DNA of 64,000 bases from Marine Group II euryarchaeote MED-G37. Its GTDB lineage: Archaea; Thermoplasmatota; Poseidoniia; Poseidoniales; Thalassarchaeaceae. The notes under the pieces are model-generated. The model searched no databases. It was not told where the DNA came from and was given only the letters and a program-made list of their open reading frames with translations. Each line of letters opens with the position of its first letter. Within the stretch, counting starts at the first letter, position 1. A program made the translations under genes and the position numbers. Location of the stretch: positions 28,335-92,334 of the forward strand of contig NTJQ01000005.1 of the NCBI GenBank assembly GCA_002457555.1, read 5' to 3'. Positions 54,069-63,957 of this stretch are shown here, one piece after another.

Positions 54069-55271
54069 TTAGTTCAGTATGCCCCAAGAATGTTCTGCAT
54101 TGCCCCTAATCCACTCATAATCATCCATAGAACGCAACCCCTCCTCATCTAATATTGCAATCTTTTCTACCTCAAGGGGATATTCATTATAGGTCAAATG
54201 ACTAACAAAACCAGCTCGGGTGGGCTGGTCGAAAACCCATCTTGCACGAGATGTTGCACGTACGTGAAGAGATACTTGAGTCCTCCCATTCCATACTTTA
54301 ATTTTGAAACTAGGGAGTAAATTACCTTGCTCATCTCTTAGGGCATTTTCACCTTCTTGACGTTCTAATTCAACAGTGCAACGCTTGAAATTCTCAGTTC
54401 TATTTCTTTTTGCGTCATGGAATAATCCAGAACCAATCTTTGGTGTACGGAAGAAATCACGCATTGACCAAGGTGTGTCATCTTTCATTGTAAATGAAGG
54501 TGAAACATGAGGCATGAACCAATCGAGATACGACCCGTCATCGAAATGTAACATACCCCAAAACCAAGGTAAGCTAGGTGCTTGTACGCCTACCTTCTGA
54601 ATATACGCAGAACCCTCTACTTCATCCCCATCAATATTCAATTTCGCTTTCATACCATGCACTCTTTGAATATCATAACCCATATTCAAACCAAAGACAT
54701 TATTCTTGTATTTCGCGGTACTTGGGCGCTCCCACCATGGAGTCATTTCCACACTGAAATCTTTAGGGGCGCCCTCTGCCACTTTTTCTTGGTCGCTAGA
54801 TAGATTTAGCCAGAAAGAACGGCGGCCAGTGCGCAATCCAAAAGAGAGATCTTCAGAAGTCAAAGGGACTACTGCTCCGGCGCCCTGCCCTGGCTCCCCT
54901 GCCTCTTCAGGCCAAAGTGGATGATTATCATCCACCGACGCCATGCGACATTCCTTCATTAGTAGTGGTTCAAACATTTTTTCGCCGTCATACCACCATG
55001 CACAAACCATGCCTGACATTACACTACCGCCATCATCGTCGACCAACATCGTTGCCTTTGGTATCCACCAGTGGCCGCTAACTCTGATCGCAGGTGTTTC
55101 CTTTGAAGACCATAGTACCATCAATTGCCTCGACCGTTCTGGATGGATTGGGTCTGGAACTATAACCAATACCCACCACCACCACCAAGAAAGACGATTG
55201 ATAGGAGGTAGTACGTCAAAACGCCAAAATTTACTGAAGTCACCCTCTATTTTTTCCATACAGAAGGCCAC
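54069..55271 (-). CDS. Hypothetical Trp-rich protein with N-terminal WWWWW membrane anchor
   Basis: 400 aa, about 7% Trp. A hydrophobic segment (RLSWWWWWVLVIVP) lies near the N-terminus. The gene begins 10 nt after the stop of the upstream ABC-2 permease. No confident family assignment. Confidence 0.45.
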   Translation of the reverse strand: MAFCMEKIEGDFSKFWRFDVLPPINRLSWWWWWVLVIVPDPIHPERSRQLMVLWSSKETPAIRVSGHWWIPKATMLVDDDGGSVMSGMVCAWWYDGEKMFEPLLMKECRMASVDDNHPLWPEEAGEPGQGAGAVVPLTSEDLSFGLRTGRRSFWLNLSSDQEKVAEGAPKDFSVEMTPWWERPSTAKYKNNVFGLNMGYDIQRVHGMKAKLNIDGDEVEGSAYIQKVGVQAPSLPWFWGMLHFDDGSYLDWFMPHVSPSFTMKDDTPWSMRDFFRTPKIGSGLFHDAKRNRTENFKRCTVELERQEGENALRDEQGNLLPSFKIKVWNGRTQVSLHVRATSRARWVFDQPTRAGFVSHLTYNEYPLEVEKIAILDEEGLRSMDDYEWIRGNAEHSWGILN

Positions 55272-55280
55272 CTCCTAAGC

Positions 55281-56933
55281 TCACATTATCTCTCGACGCT
55301 TGAATTGACGCTGTCCAAATAGAATCATCAATGAAGTAATCAAAAACAATACAATTACCGAAATTAATCCTGAAACAAATGGACTCTCAGTTCCGAGTGT
55401 ATGCGCAGGAGGATTCCAAAAAGCCGTTATCCCAGAGGGCAGATTAAAGGCGTCTGCAATAATGTGCATTTCAATGGTGTTTGGCCAAACGATTAGCACA
55501 ATTGAGTCGATTAATTGTAAAGTCCAGTGAGAGACTGAAAGTACTGGGATAAGTTCTGCACCGCCCAGTGTAAGTACCGCCATAACAAATTCATACACCC
55601 CAATAACCAGTGCAATGTATACACCGTATCTTGAGGATAGTAGTCCGAGTGTGTTGAAAATCGCCCCATAGGCTGCAAGAGCGAGGATAGTAGCGAAGGC
55701 TATACCTAACCAGACAATTACATCTTTTAATCTGAATATCGAATCGCCGGGCCCAAGTGAGGCTGTAACCAACCCCATCAATAGCGACATAATTAGAACA
55801 AATCCACCAGCGACTACAAGATAGCCTAGGATTCTGTAAATGATGAATTCTCCACGGTGAATCGGCTTAGAAAGAAGATAATGCAGAGTACCATTCTCTG
55901 TTTCGTCTCTGACTAACCCCAACGCTAAGAAGAGGGGTAAGAAAATTCCAAGAATCATCACGAAAGCAATCTTTCCAGTTCCGATGATGAAGGCCCGATG
56001 CGCATCCTCGTAAGCCAAATTTTCTTCGCTTGGATCCTCATCAACATTATTGTCAGGATTTATTGCTATAATATTTCCATCTGAATCAGTAATCCATTCG
56101 ACATCACAATCAACACCATTTCTATTACCATCTGGGTCATGACGCTCCCAATTACCCCAAATATCCCACTCTGGGGTTGATTCATCAGGCCAACCGACTC
56201 TTAAACAGTCACCATCATCATCAAATCCATTTATTTTGTTTGGATCTCCTGTCCAATCTATGTCATCCTCATCGATATAATTTGATGCAGGTTCCGGTTC
56301 AACATCGAATGAGTCCTCCATATACCCCCACTCAGCATAATATCCTTCTTGGACTCTAAATGTACCATTGCCTATGAATGAAGCATCATAAACCACTAGA
56401 CGATTTTCTTCCAACCTACAGCCATCTCCCCAATCCAGCCAGAAGTCTTCAAAGAGTTCTCCTTCGGGGCATTCTGATAATGATTGAATCTCCAACATTT
56501 CTCCACCTATTGGATTTTCATCAATCCAGTTGTAAGTGAAAACACCAGTGGCCCATCTCCAAGTATGATTACCCGAATATAGCCCTACACTACCCCACTC
56601 AAATGAGCCTTCTTCCACAAATTCTCCCGAACCCGGGAAAGAATATCCATCCATGGGGTCTGAACCATACTTGTATTCCTGACCTGCGGGGTAACCATCT
56701 CCATCCCAATCGTGAGAATCATTGTCATTGTCGATTGGCTCCCAACCATCCCTTACTCCTCCGATAAACAATGCAAGTAAGCAAATTAGCAATAGGAAAC
56801 CAACGCCCAAAACCACCCACGTCGAAAGACGATGTCTTAATTGACGGATTGTGAGTTCTGTAATTGCTCCAGCCTTTCTATCTAGTCTAGTCCATACCGT
56901 CTCTGCGAGACCCCTACCTTGTCTATCCATCAT
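55281..56933 (-). CDS. ABC-2-type transporter permease with a ~300-aa extracytoplasmic Asp-rich (TSP3-like) domain
   Basis: N-terminal TM anchor, then a Trp/Asp-rich domain with DxDxDG-type repeats (DWDGDGYP, FDDDGDCLRVG, DPDGNRNGVDCD), then six C-terminal TM helices typical of ABC-2 permeases. The start overlaps the stop of the upstream ABC ATPase. Confidence 0.55.
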   Translation of the reverse strand: MMDRQGRGLAETVWTRLDRKAGAITELTIRQLRHRLSTWVVLGVGFLLLICLLALFIGGVRDGWEPIDNDNDSHDWDGDGYPAGQEYKYGSDPMDGYSFPGSGEFVEEGSFEWGSVGLYSGNHTWRWATGVFTYNWIDENPIGGEMLEIQSLSECPEGELFEDFWLDWGDGCRLEENRLVVYDASFIGNGTFRVQEGYYAEWGYMEDSFDVEPEPASNYIDEDDIDWTGDPNKINGFDDDGDCLRVGWPDESTPEWDIWGNWERHDPDGNRNGVDCDVEWITDSDGNIIAINPDNNVDEDPSEENLAYEDAHRAFIIGTGKIAFVMILGIFLPLFLALGLVRDETENGTLHYLLSKPIHRGEFIIYRILGYLVVAGGFVLIMSLLMGLVTASLGPGDSIFRLKDVIVWLGIAFATILALAAYGAIFNTLGLLSSRYGVYIALVIGVYEFVMAVLTLGGAELIPVLSVSHWTLQLIDSIVLIVWPNTIEMHIIADAFNLPSGITAFWNPPAHTLGTESPFVSGLISVIVLFLITSLMILFGQRQFKRREIM

Positions 56934-57871
56934 GAAGCACCACCTACAAGATACCCTAGTAAGGCCTCTAAATTATCATCAGGATTCTCAATAGAGGTAA
57001 TTTTCAATCCTGAATCAACTATCACCCTTGGTAGCACTTCATGTGCCGCAGAAAGGTCATTGGTCAAGACCTCCAATGCACCATCTTCAGCAAATCTTAC
57101 TCCATATACTGGATCTTCAGGGACGAAGTATTCTGCTAGTTTTCTTGGATTTTCAGTTCGAATCAGGATTCTATGTGGATGTTTGTCCAGCAAATCACGA
57201 ATTGCATGAAGATTCCCTAGGGCTAGTAATCTCCCATTATGAAGAATGACAATTTGCTCGGTAATTCTCTCAATTTCATCTAGTATGTGGCTTGATACTA
57301 AGACTGTTTTTCCTTGTCTGCCCAAATCACGAATCACGCTCATAATGCTGGTTCTGGCTATTGGATCGCAACCATGTAAGGGCTCATCGAGGATAATCAA
57401 ATCTGGGTCATGAACCAAAGCATGAGCAATTTTTACCCTCTGTCTCATACCTTTGCTGTACTTGCCGATTTCTTTGTTTTGAACATCAGAAAGACCAACG
57501 AAATCAAGTACGTGTGACGCTCTATCACTCGCCTCTTCTCTGGTCATACCATGAAGACGGGCTAAAGTGGAAACGAAGTCATGGCCGGTCATCCAATCAT
57601 ACAACTTTTCAGTTTCAGCAACATAACCCACTCTGCGATAAGGAGAGGTGCTAACCCAAGGGTCCACGCCAAATAGACGAACATTTCCGCTACTGGGTTT
57701 TAACCGCCCCATTAGTAGTTTGAAGAGAGTGGATTTTCCTGCCCCGTTTGGTCCTAGAATACCTGTAACTCCTCCATCTATTGCTAGAGATACATCATTG
57801 ATTCCAATAACCTGGCCATACCACTTTGAGCATTTTTCCAGTAGCACTGCGGGAGTAGCTTTGGTGCTCAT
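56930..57871 (-). CDS. ABC transporter ATP-binding protein (ABC-2/CcmA-like)
   Basis: Walker A GPNGAGKST, signature YSKGMRQR, Walker B LIILDEP, H-loop SSHIL. Confidence 0.8.
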   Translation of the reverse strand: MSTKATPAVLLEKCSKWYGQVIGINDVSLAIDGGVTGILGPNGAGKSTLFKLLMGRLKPSSGNVRLFGVDPWVSTSPYRRVGYVAETEKLYDWMTGHDFVSTLARLHGMTREEASDRASHVLDFVGLSDVQNKEIGKYSKGMRQRVKIAHALVHDPDLIILDEPLHGCDPIARTSIMSVIRDLGRQGKTVLVSSHILDEIERITEQIVILHNGRLLALGNLHAIRDLLDKHPHRILIRTENPRKLAEYFVPEDPVYGVRFAEDGALEVLTNDLSAAHEVLPRVIVDSGLKITSIENPDDNLEALLGYLVGGAS

Positions 57872-58947
57872 TCTCGGGTCACCTCCAGTGAACGTACTCT
57901 AGTTACGAGTAAACCGATTGAGGCGGCGTTGTAAAGCAAAATCGAAATTATTGACAGTGCCAATGAATGCTCATAATTTGCAGGAATCCCCACAAGCCAT
58001 TGACCTAAGTGTGCAAGAGAATCATACGGGCTCAAAATGTAGAACACGGTGGTTTGAAAAATTAATTCAATCATTAGAGCGACTACTTTGGTTCCAAAAA
58101 TAATGGCTAGGAAGCCAATCGCGGCAAAGAAGCGGCTCTGGCTAACGCTTGATAGAGCCATGCCGATTGAAGTGTAAGTAATTACCAATAGAATACCTGC
58201 GAGTAATCCCCCAAGGAATATTGGAAGTGTATCGATTAGGTAAGCCCAACCTTCCCCATTGAACACAATTGCAGAAGTGTAGTAGAGCATGTAGGAAAAT
58301 ACTATCACAAATCCAAGAACAACTGCAGATGATAGATATTTCATCGCGGTATAATCTGCTCTAGTAACCGGGCGCGAGAAGTAAATCGCACTAGTACCAT
58401 TCTTTCTATCATCAGAGATCATGCCACCGACCACTAATGCAGTTAGTAATGGCCACATACAGAGATTTCTGGGGAAGTAACCCAAAACCTGCCCCCACAG
58501 GTTGTATCGATTGACCCCCCACATACGATTAAGCCAATCAGAACCTTCCCCTCCGGAAATTGTCACTGAAAGGAAAATCATTGCAATTGGAGTCAGAGAG
58601 GTTAGAAAAATTACCAATATTGAAAGTCGAACAAATGGATTATAATGACGATGACCTTTACCTCTGAAGATACCATATACATGATGTCTGAATATAGCGT
58701 AATTCCGAACCCAACGTGGACCTAGTTCTCCATTCCAAGGGCGATAAATTTGCTCATAAAGAACACCCATCGAGGCTTTACGAGCAACGATTGCCTTGGC
58801 ATCATCATCTCCATCACCGGCCCCGTAAGCGACTTCCATACGAGTCTGACCTAACTCGGTATCAGTTGATGTTGAAGTTTGGTTTTCCGGAAGTCCCTGA
58901 TCTGGTAGATCATCTGTTTTGGGTTCTTCTGCAGACACCTTAGTCAA
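57868..58947 (-). CDS. ABC-2-type transporter permease
   Basis: 359 aa. The acidic N-terminus is followed by six hydrophobic helices. Both ends overlap the neighbouring ABC ATPase genes. Confidence 0.5.
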   Translation of the reverse strand: MTKVSAEEPKTDDLPDQGLPENQTSTSTDTELGQTRMEVAYGAGDGDDDAKAIVARKASMGVLYEQIYRPWNGELGPRWVRNYAIFRHHVYGIFRGKGHRHYNPFVRLSILVIFLTSLTPIAMIFLSVTISGGEGSDWLNRMWGVNRYNLWGQVLGYFPRNLCMWPLLTALVVGGMISDDRKNGTSAIYFSRPVTRADYTAMKYLSSAVVLGFVIVFSYMLYYTSAIVFNGEGWAYLIDTLPIFLGGLLAGILLVITYTSIGMALSSVSQSRFFAAIGFLAIIFGTKVVALMIELIFQTTVFYILSPYDSLAHLGQWLVGIPANYEHSLALSIISILLYNAASIGLLVTRVRSLEVTRE

Positions 58948-59917
58948 CTCCAGTATGATCTGAAGTCATCAGTTCCGATGTCCCCTTCACTCTAGCTCCT
59001 AATTTGTCCATGATCAGAAGGAAAATATCTTCCAAATCTGGCTCATATTCGCGTAATTCTCTAATTTGGACTTCCGATTTAGCAGCAGTTGAAATGATTC
59101 TATCAATAGTATTCTCATCCTCAATAGTTACCCTCATGACCCTACCCATTCGTCTAACTTTCTGGCCGTTCGAAATCAAGGCTTCCTCCATTTTTGAGGC
59201 GCCCCCCCAAATTACTACCTCTACCTCTCTCTCAATCTGATCTGCAAGGTCGGTAATTGGCCTATTGATGACAATTTGACCCTTGTGAATCAAAACTACT
59301 CTGTCGCATACCTCCTGAACATCATCCATTACGTGGCTCGACATCAGAACTGTGCCACGTCCCTCGTCAACGGTTCTCCTAAGGGTATTCAGCATGAATT
59401 CCCTCGAGCGTTGATCAAGACCGTTTGTTGGTTCATCACAGATTAGAATTTCTGGATCATGAACAATTGCGCAAGCCAATTTTGTCGCTTGTTTCATTCC
59501 TGTACTGAACGATTCAATCTTCCTGTATCTTTGGTCTCTAAGCCCTACATATTCCAATACCTCATGGGCTCTCTGCATCGCTGCAGCAGGATTCATACCG
59601 ATAAGTTCGCCAGCATATCTAACCTGATCAATTGCGTTCAAATCAGGGTCTAGTGAGTCATATTCTGGCATATAGCCAATCCTTGAACGAATAAGGTCTC
59701 CTTGAGTTTTGATGTCATAACCGAGAACGTTACCTTCTCCAGATGTTGTAGTAATCAATCCTAGAATACACTTGAAGAAAGTCGACTTGCCTGCGCCATT
59801 TGGGCCTAAAATTCCAATCGCCCCTCGTGGAATTTGAACATCGACATCGTCTAGGGCGAGGTGGGGGCCGTACATCTTGCGCAAATTACGCGCTTCGATG
59901 ACAAATCCTTCACTCAA
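58940..59917 (-). CDS. ABC transporter ATP-binding protein
   Basis: Walker A GPNGAGKST, signature FSTGMKQA, Walker B ILICDEPTNGLD, H-loop SSHVM. TTG start in the ORF track. Confidence 0.8.
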   Translation of the reverse strand: MSEGFVIEARNLRKMYGPHLALDDVDVQIPRGAIGILGPNGAGKSTFFKCILGLITTTSGEGNVLGYDIKTQGDLIRSRIGYMPEYDSLDPDLNAIDQVRYAGELIGMNPAAAMQRAHEVLEYVGLRDQRYRKIESFSTGMKQATKLACAIVHDPEILICDEPTNGLDQRSREFMLNTLRRTVDEGRGTVLMSSHVMDDVQEVCDRVVLIHKGQIVINRPITDLADQIEREVEVVIWGGASKMEEALISNGQKVRRMGRVMRVTIEDENTIDRIISTAAKSEVQIRELREYEPDLEDIFLLIMDKLGARVKGTSELMTSDHTGVD

Positions 59918-59936
59918 AAAACCGTCTCCAGCTGAA

Positions 59937-59955
59937 CGACTCCCTAGGGGAGTCG
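59937..59955 (-). terminator. Hairpin CGACTCCC-tag-GGGAGTCG downstream of tgtA, followed on the transcribed strand by a T6 run
   Basis: Perfect 8-bp inverted repeat. On the minus strand it is followed by TTCAGCTGGAGACGGTTTTTTGAG, then the start of the ABC-2 operon. Confidence 0.3.
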
Positions 59956-60019
59956 CCTTGATGTGAGGGCCTGAATCACTTGAATGAATCCCCGTCGCAA
60001 TTGTAATTGCACCGTAGAA

Positions 60020-62182
60020 TTACTTCAATGCTCCATCTCGAACCTTTACTGCAATACCCTTGTCGAAGAAGGCCATATCATCTGCTGTTGCATTAGCTAC
60101 TCCATGGGCTATCAATTCACCCTTTGCACTAACAACCAAGCATGGTTGGCCGACGATTAGGTGAGGATCGGCGCCAAGAACGAAACCATGGATTACATTA
60201 CGCCCTTTTCCAACAAATGGAATCGCATCATCCATCAACAAAACACGAGGTAGGCCAGGGTGATTTAACTCGCTCGATTTTTCCCCTTGCTGAAATGTGG
60301 ACGGCGGTTTTGGATTCAATTCATGGAGTTTTTTTGCCCCGGCCAAGGTTAGAGAAAGAGCGCCATCTGGTAAACGAGGTGATAGACAATGCACTCCTCC
60401 AAAGTTGACATTAACCATGCGATCAGTACGAGACCGACGCGAGGTCATTTCATTGGATAATTTGCAAACATCTGAAGGTGAAATCCCACATAATAATGAC
60501 AACTTGTCGACGATAGTGCAACGGTCAATCCAGTCACGGATTTTGCTTCGATTTTCGCCGCCTGCCTCTTCCTCAGGATCGGCTTGACAGACATGAATAT
60601 CCAGAGGTAAATCGGCAATCCCAAGGTCTTCCAACCAAGCATCGATTTCAGCTTCATCGAGAACCATATCCCATAGGTCATCTGGACACTGGATATGACA
60701 CCATGGAGAAACATCCTCGAGAGTGAATGGAATTAGACCTACAGGAGTAGAAATTAGAACGATAGAACGGGGTTCTTCTTCCAATGCACTTATTGCAGAA
60801 CCTAATGCAGAATCACGCCACGGCGGCTCTGCTCCTGACAATATTACAACCCGTTCTGCCTTATCATCTGAGCCATCCCACCAAGAGCCAGGGCGACGCC
60901 ACCTCATAGCCAATAAGGCATTCAAATGAAGCAGATGAGGGCGGCTATCTATGTCCTCAGAAAATTGCTCAGCCGAACCCCTAACCGGGTCACTTGAGGC
61001 GATAGTCCTCAGAACACTTTCTGCAACTGGGCCTTCATCACTTTCTTCCAATTGTTCTAGTACCCATTCGAAGGCTTCACGAAGTTTTGCATTAGCATGA
61101 CTTCGCTGTTCAGCCAATTGCCAAATAGTTCCGTTTCTCACTGCCTCCCTACATCTCGCAAGCTCTGCCTGAGTAACCTCAAGATTGTGGTGGGCCAAGA
61201 GAGTTGAACGCTCGTCCTTTTCCATCTCACGAACCTCTTTTGGCGTATAGGGAAATAGGGCTGAGGAAGTATGTGGCCATTCAGTCAAATCACCTAATTT
61301 GACAGTTCCATCTGGAGTTAACAATCTATTGTCTCGCGCAAATAAAGCGTAAGCGGCTGAATCGAATAGGTCGGCGCCCAGAGCAATACACATTGGGAAT
61401 AAAATCGGATGCCCGCATCCAAACATGTGAATTGGTCGATTTGGCGGAATTGTTGACCGAGCGGAAAGAAGGATACGAAATAATTCTAGATACCTTTGTT
61501 TTTCCATTAGAGGCACTATACCTCCAATTGGATGTACTGCAAAGCCTCTATAATCACCTGAAACTTCTCCCATCAAAGCCCCGGCTTGAGCCCTAAGGTC
61601 ATCGTGAAGACCTCCTTGAACAGGCCCATTTAGGAGCGTATCTTCTCCAGCAGTATTCAGTGAAATTAATGCGCGATTTGCTGTTTCCTCAACCGCGTGC
61701 TCAATTTCTTCTCGCGACATATCAGGTCGACCAAATACATCGAGCATGGTACCGATGTCCACTCCGATTTTCTTTTGAAATTCGACTATTTCTTCGACTC
61801 CTACCTCTACATCACCATAGACATAGGATTGGAAAGTTCCAGAATCAGTTACAATTACACCTGGAAAATCGAGCAAGGAGTGTATTCCCTCTTTGAGGGC
61901 TGGTTCACGTAATTTTTCATGTTTCCATGTGACGTAGGAGTTAGTGATTAGACCATTCACTCGATACTTATCCCACATCTCCCTGGGTTCAATAGTACGA
62001 ATATTTGGGTTAATCACAGGAAGTAACATTGGAGTTTCTAAAATTCCGTGTCTTGTGAATAACTTACCTAACCTAGCGGCTCCATCCCTTACAGTAACCT
62101 CGAACTTACCAAGGTCCTGATCGCGACAGGGTTCTGGATCCGGCCGCTTATTCACAACCCTTCTGCGAAGCGCTTTGGTCAT
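60020..62182 (-). CDS. tgtA: Archaeosine tRNA-guanine transglycosylase (ArcTGT) with C-terminal PUA-containing extension
   Basis: N-terminus KFEVTVRDGAARLGKLFTRHGILETPMLLPVINPN is collinear with archaeal TGT. Catalytic core VIVTDSGTFQ. Zinc-site Cys cluster further downstream. Long C-terminal domains end in a PUA-like region. The ATG at 62182 overlaps the AcnX stop (TGATG). Confidence 0.8.
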   Translation of the reverse strand: MTKALRRRVVNKRPDPEPCRDQDLGKFEVTVRDGAARLGKLFTRHGILETPMLLPVINPNIRTIEPREMWDKYRVNGLITNSYVTWKHEKLREPALKEGIHSLLDFPGVIVTDSGTFQSYVYGDVEVGVEEIVEFQKKIGVDIGTMLDVFGRPDMSREEIEHAVEETANRALISLNTAGEDTLLNGPVQGGLHDDLRAQAGALMGEVSGDYRGFAVHPIGGIVPLMEKQRYLELFRILLSARSTIPPNRPIHMFGCGHPILFPMCIALGADLFDSAAYALFARDNRLLTPDGTVKLGDLTEWPHTSSALFPYTPKEVREMEKDERSTLLAHHNLEVTQAELARCREAVRNGTIWQLAEQRSHANAKLREAFEWVLEQLEESDEGPVAESVLRTIASSDPVRGSAEQFSEDIDSRPHLLHLNALLAMRWRRPGSWWDGSDDKAERVVILSGAEPPWRDSALGSAISALEEEPRSIVLISTPVGLIPFTLEDVSPWCHIQCPDDLWDMVLDEAEIDAWLEDLGIADLPLDIHVCQADPEEEAGGENRSKIRDWIDRCTIVDKLSLLCGISPSDVCKLSNEMTSRRSRTDRMVNVNFGGVHCLSPRLPDGALSLTLAGAKKLHELNPKPPSTFQQGEKSSELNHPGLPRVLLMDDAIPFVGKGRNVIHGFVLGADPHLIVGQPCLVVSAKGELIAHGVANATADDMAFFDKGIAVKVRDGALK

Positions 62183-63957
62183 CAATCCTCGCTCGCTCGA
62201 GTGATAACCGTAAGTTGCACTTGACCATTCTCAAGACTCATTTCAACGGAGTCGCCGTCATTGATTTCTAGAGTAGGGTCTGTGTCAAATCCGTGGGCAT
62301 ACGGAAGTGCCAATAGGCTAGCTGCCGGAAGAGTAAGTGGACAAACGTCTCGATTGATTATTCCCTTCGGACCCTTACCTGTGTAAATCAAACCCATTAG
62401 AACGAAAGGAGCAACCGTAGAGCCGGAACCTTTCGGATAAATTAGGATTGTATCTTCAATCGGAACGCCATCTAGTGGGTGTCCTGGCTCTTCGATTACA
62501 CCAGAATCTCTATTCACGTATCCGAGGTAAGTAATAGGGACATCAGTGACCATTGCTTTACCAGTAATCTTCCAACTAGCTTGACTAGGGAGACCTTTTC
62601 CATAGAGATTTGCAGAGCCAGTTCGATGAATTTTATTCGAGGCAAGAGGCTTTGCCTTCTTTCCATCTAATACTGGACGAGGACCTTCAGAAAGACTGGA
62701 ATCAAATGCGTGGGCAACACATTCTTCAATTGGTGCTACACTTGTTGGTAAACGATTCAGACCACTCTTCAGATAATGTTCTGCCTTCAGAGAATTTGTT
62801 AGAATATGATTGTACTTTGACCGATTGTAAGGAGTTACCTCGGGGCAGGTGTCTTTCAAAACTAAAGCACCGGCTTCTTCTAACAAATCTACAGTACCAT
62901 CGGCTTGCAATAAATCGTAATTATAGCCGCTTGTGAAAACCCAAAGTCGGCTATCGGGTATTTTCTGCCCCAATTCCATTCGTCCTCGAACCGCCGCAGC
63001 AGTTGCTCGCGCTTCTCCAACACTTGCTTGAGGACAACCAATTACTACGAGGTCAACCGTTCCGGTTGGAGCCAACTCAGCATATCTTCCTGCAAGGTCA
63101 TTTTCAGCAAAAATAAGTTCTCCTTCGAATTGAGATACTTCGGGGGCGTCTACAGTTAATCCGTCAGCCCATAGCATAGGGCAGCCGTAATTTGCGGCTG
63201 CTGCTGTCAACGCTTTGCGCATCTCGAAATCCGCATTAGAAGGTAGCCCGACTATACGAGGCATCATCCCCCATGGAAGATTCCATTCTGGCTTTATTTG
63301 CATTCCAATCCAGTCTCCCAATACTGACCAATCTGCAAGATTCTCCATTGAGGCTTCTACCTTCACAAGGATATTTGGGATTCGATTTTTCTCAAGGTGG
63401 AGACCCCACAGTGGAGCCCATCCTGTCAGTGCTGTAGCTAGAGCAGATAGCCCAGATTCACGATTTGTCATCAGTGATGTGTAGGAATTTGAATAACAAA
63501 CAGCATTTGATTCGGCCCAAGAACCGATACCAGATTCCATTTCAATTCCACGATCATAAGGTGTACAGGAAAGAGTGGCATCGATGTCCAATTCAGAGTA
63601 GGCGTGTATAATTTCAAATTGATATTCAAGGAAATTTTCGTAATCTATACCCATTTCTTCAATCTGTTCTCGATCGCAACCCGCTGAATTCAACGTGGTT
63701 GGAATGGATACCGTACCTTCTGAGTCACCAGAGAGGTCAGAAAGGAAGCGTCTCAAACCATGCCCACCGGTAATTACGCTGACACCGGATACGTGAGCAT
63801 GGGCGCATCGTGTGAATTCGGAAGCACCCGCAGATGCGGCCAAATCTACTACCAATCTAGCGGCCTTTTGCTTAGTAGGGCCATGCTCCGCGTCGAGCAT
63901 CGATTGTAGTTCAGGAGGTATCTCCACGCTTATGCCGCGGAAGCGACACTCCTTCAA
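62182..63957 (-). CDS. Aconitase X family protein, fused catalytic (DUF521) plus swivel (DUF126) domains
   Basis: 591 aa. The N-terminal ~400 aa have aconitase-X-like Cys/Ser-rich catalytic blocks (GCPQASVGEA, CPEVTPYN). The C-terminal ~130 aa are a DUF126-like domain (IYPKGSGSTVAPFVLMGLIYTGKGPKGIINRD). Confidence 0.65.
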   Translation of the reverse strand: MKECRFRGISVEIPPELQSMLDAEHGPTKQKAARLVVDLAASAGASEFTRCAHAHVSGVSVITGGHGLRRFLSDLSGDSEGTVSIPTTLNSAGCDREQIEEMGIDYENFLEYQFEIIHAYSELDIDATLSCTPYDRGIEMESGIGSWAESNAVCYSNSYTSLMTNRESGLSALATALTGWAPLWGLHLEKNRIPNILVKVEASMENLADWSVLGDWIGMQIKPEWNLPWGMMPRIVGLPSNADFEMRKALTAAAANYGCPMLWADGLTVDAPEVSQFEGELIFAENDLAGRYAELAPTGTVDLVVIGCPQASVGEARATAAAVRGRMELGQKIPDSRLWVFTSGYNYDLLQADGTVDLLEEAGALVLKDTCPEVTPYNRSKYNHILTNSLKAEHYLKSGLNRLPTSVAPIEECVAHAFDSSLSEGPRPVLDGKKAKPLASNKIHRTGSANLYGKGLPSQASWKITGKAMVTDVPITYLGYVNRDSGVIEEPGHPLDGVPIEDTILIYPKGSGSTVAPFVLMGLIYTGKGPKGIINRDVCPLTLPAASLLALPYAHGFDTDPTLEINDGDSVEMSLENGQVQLTVITRASED

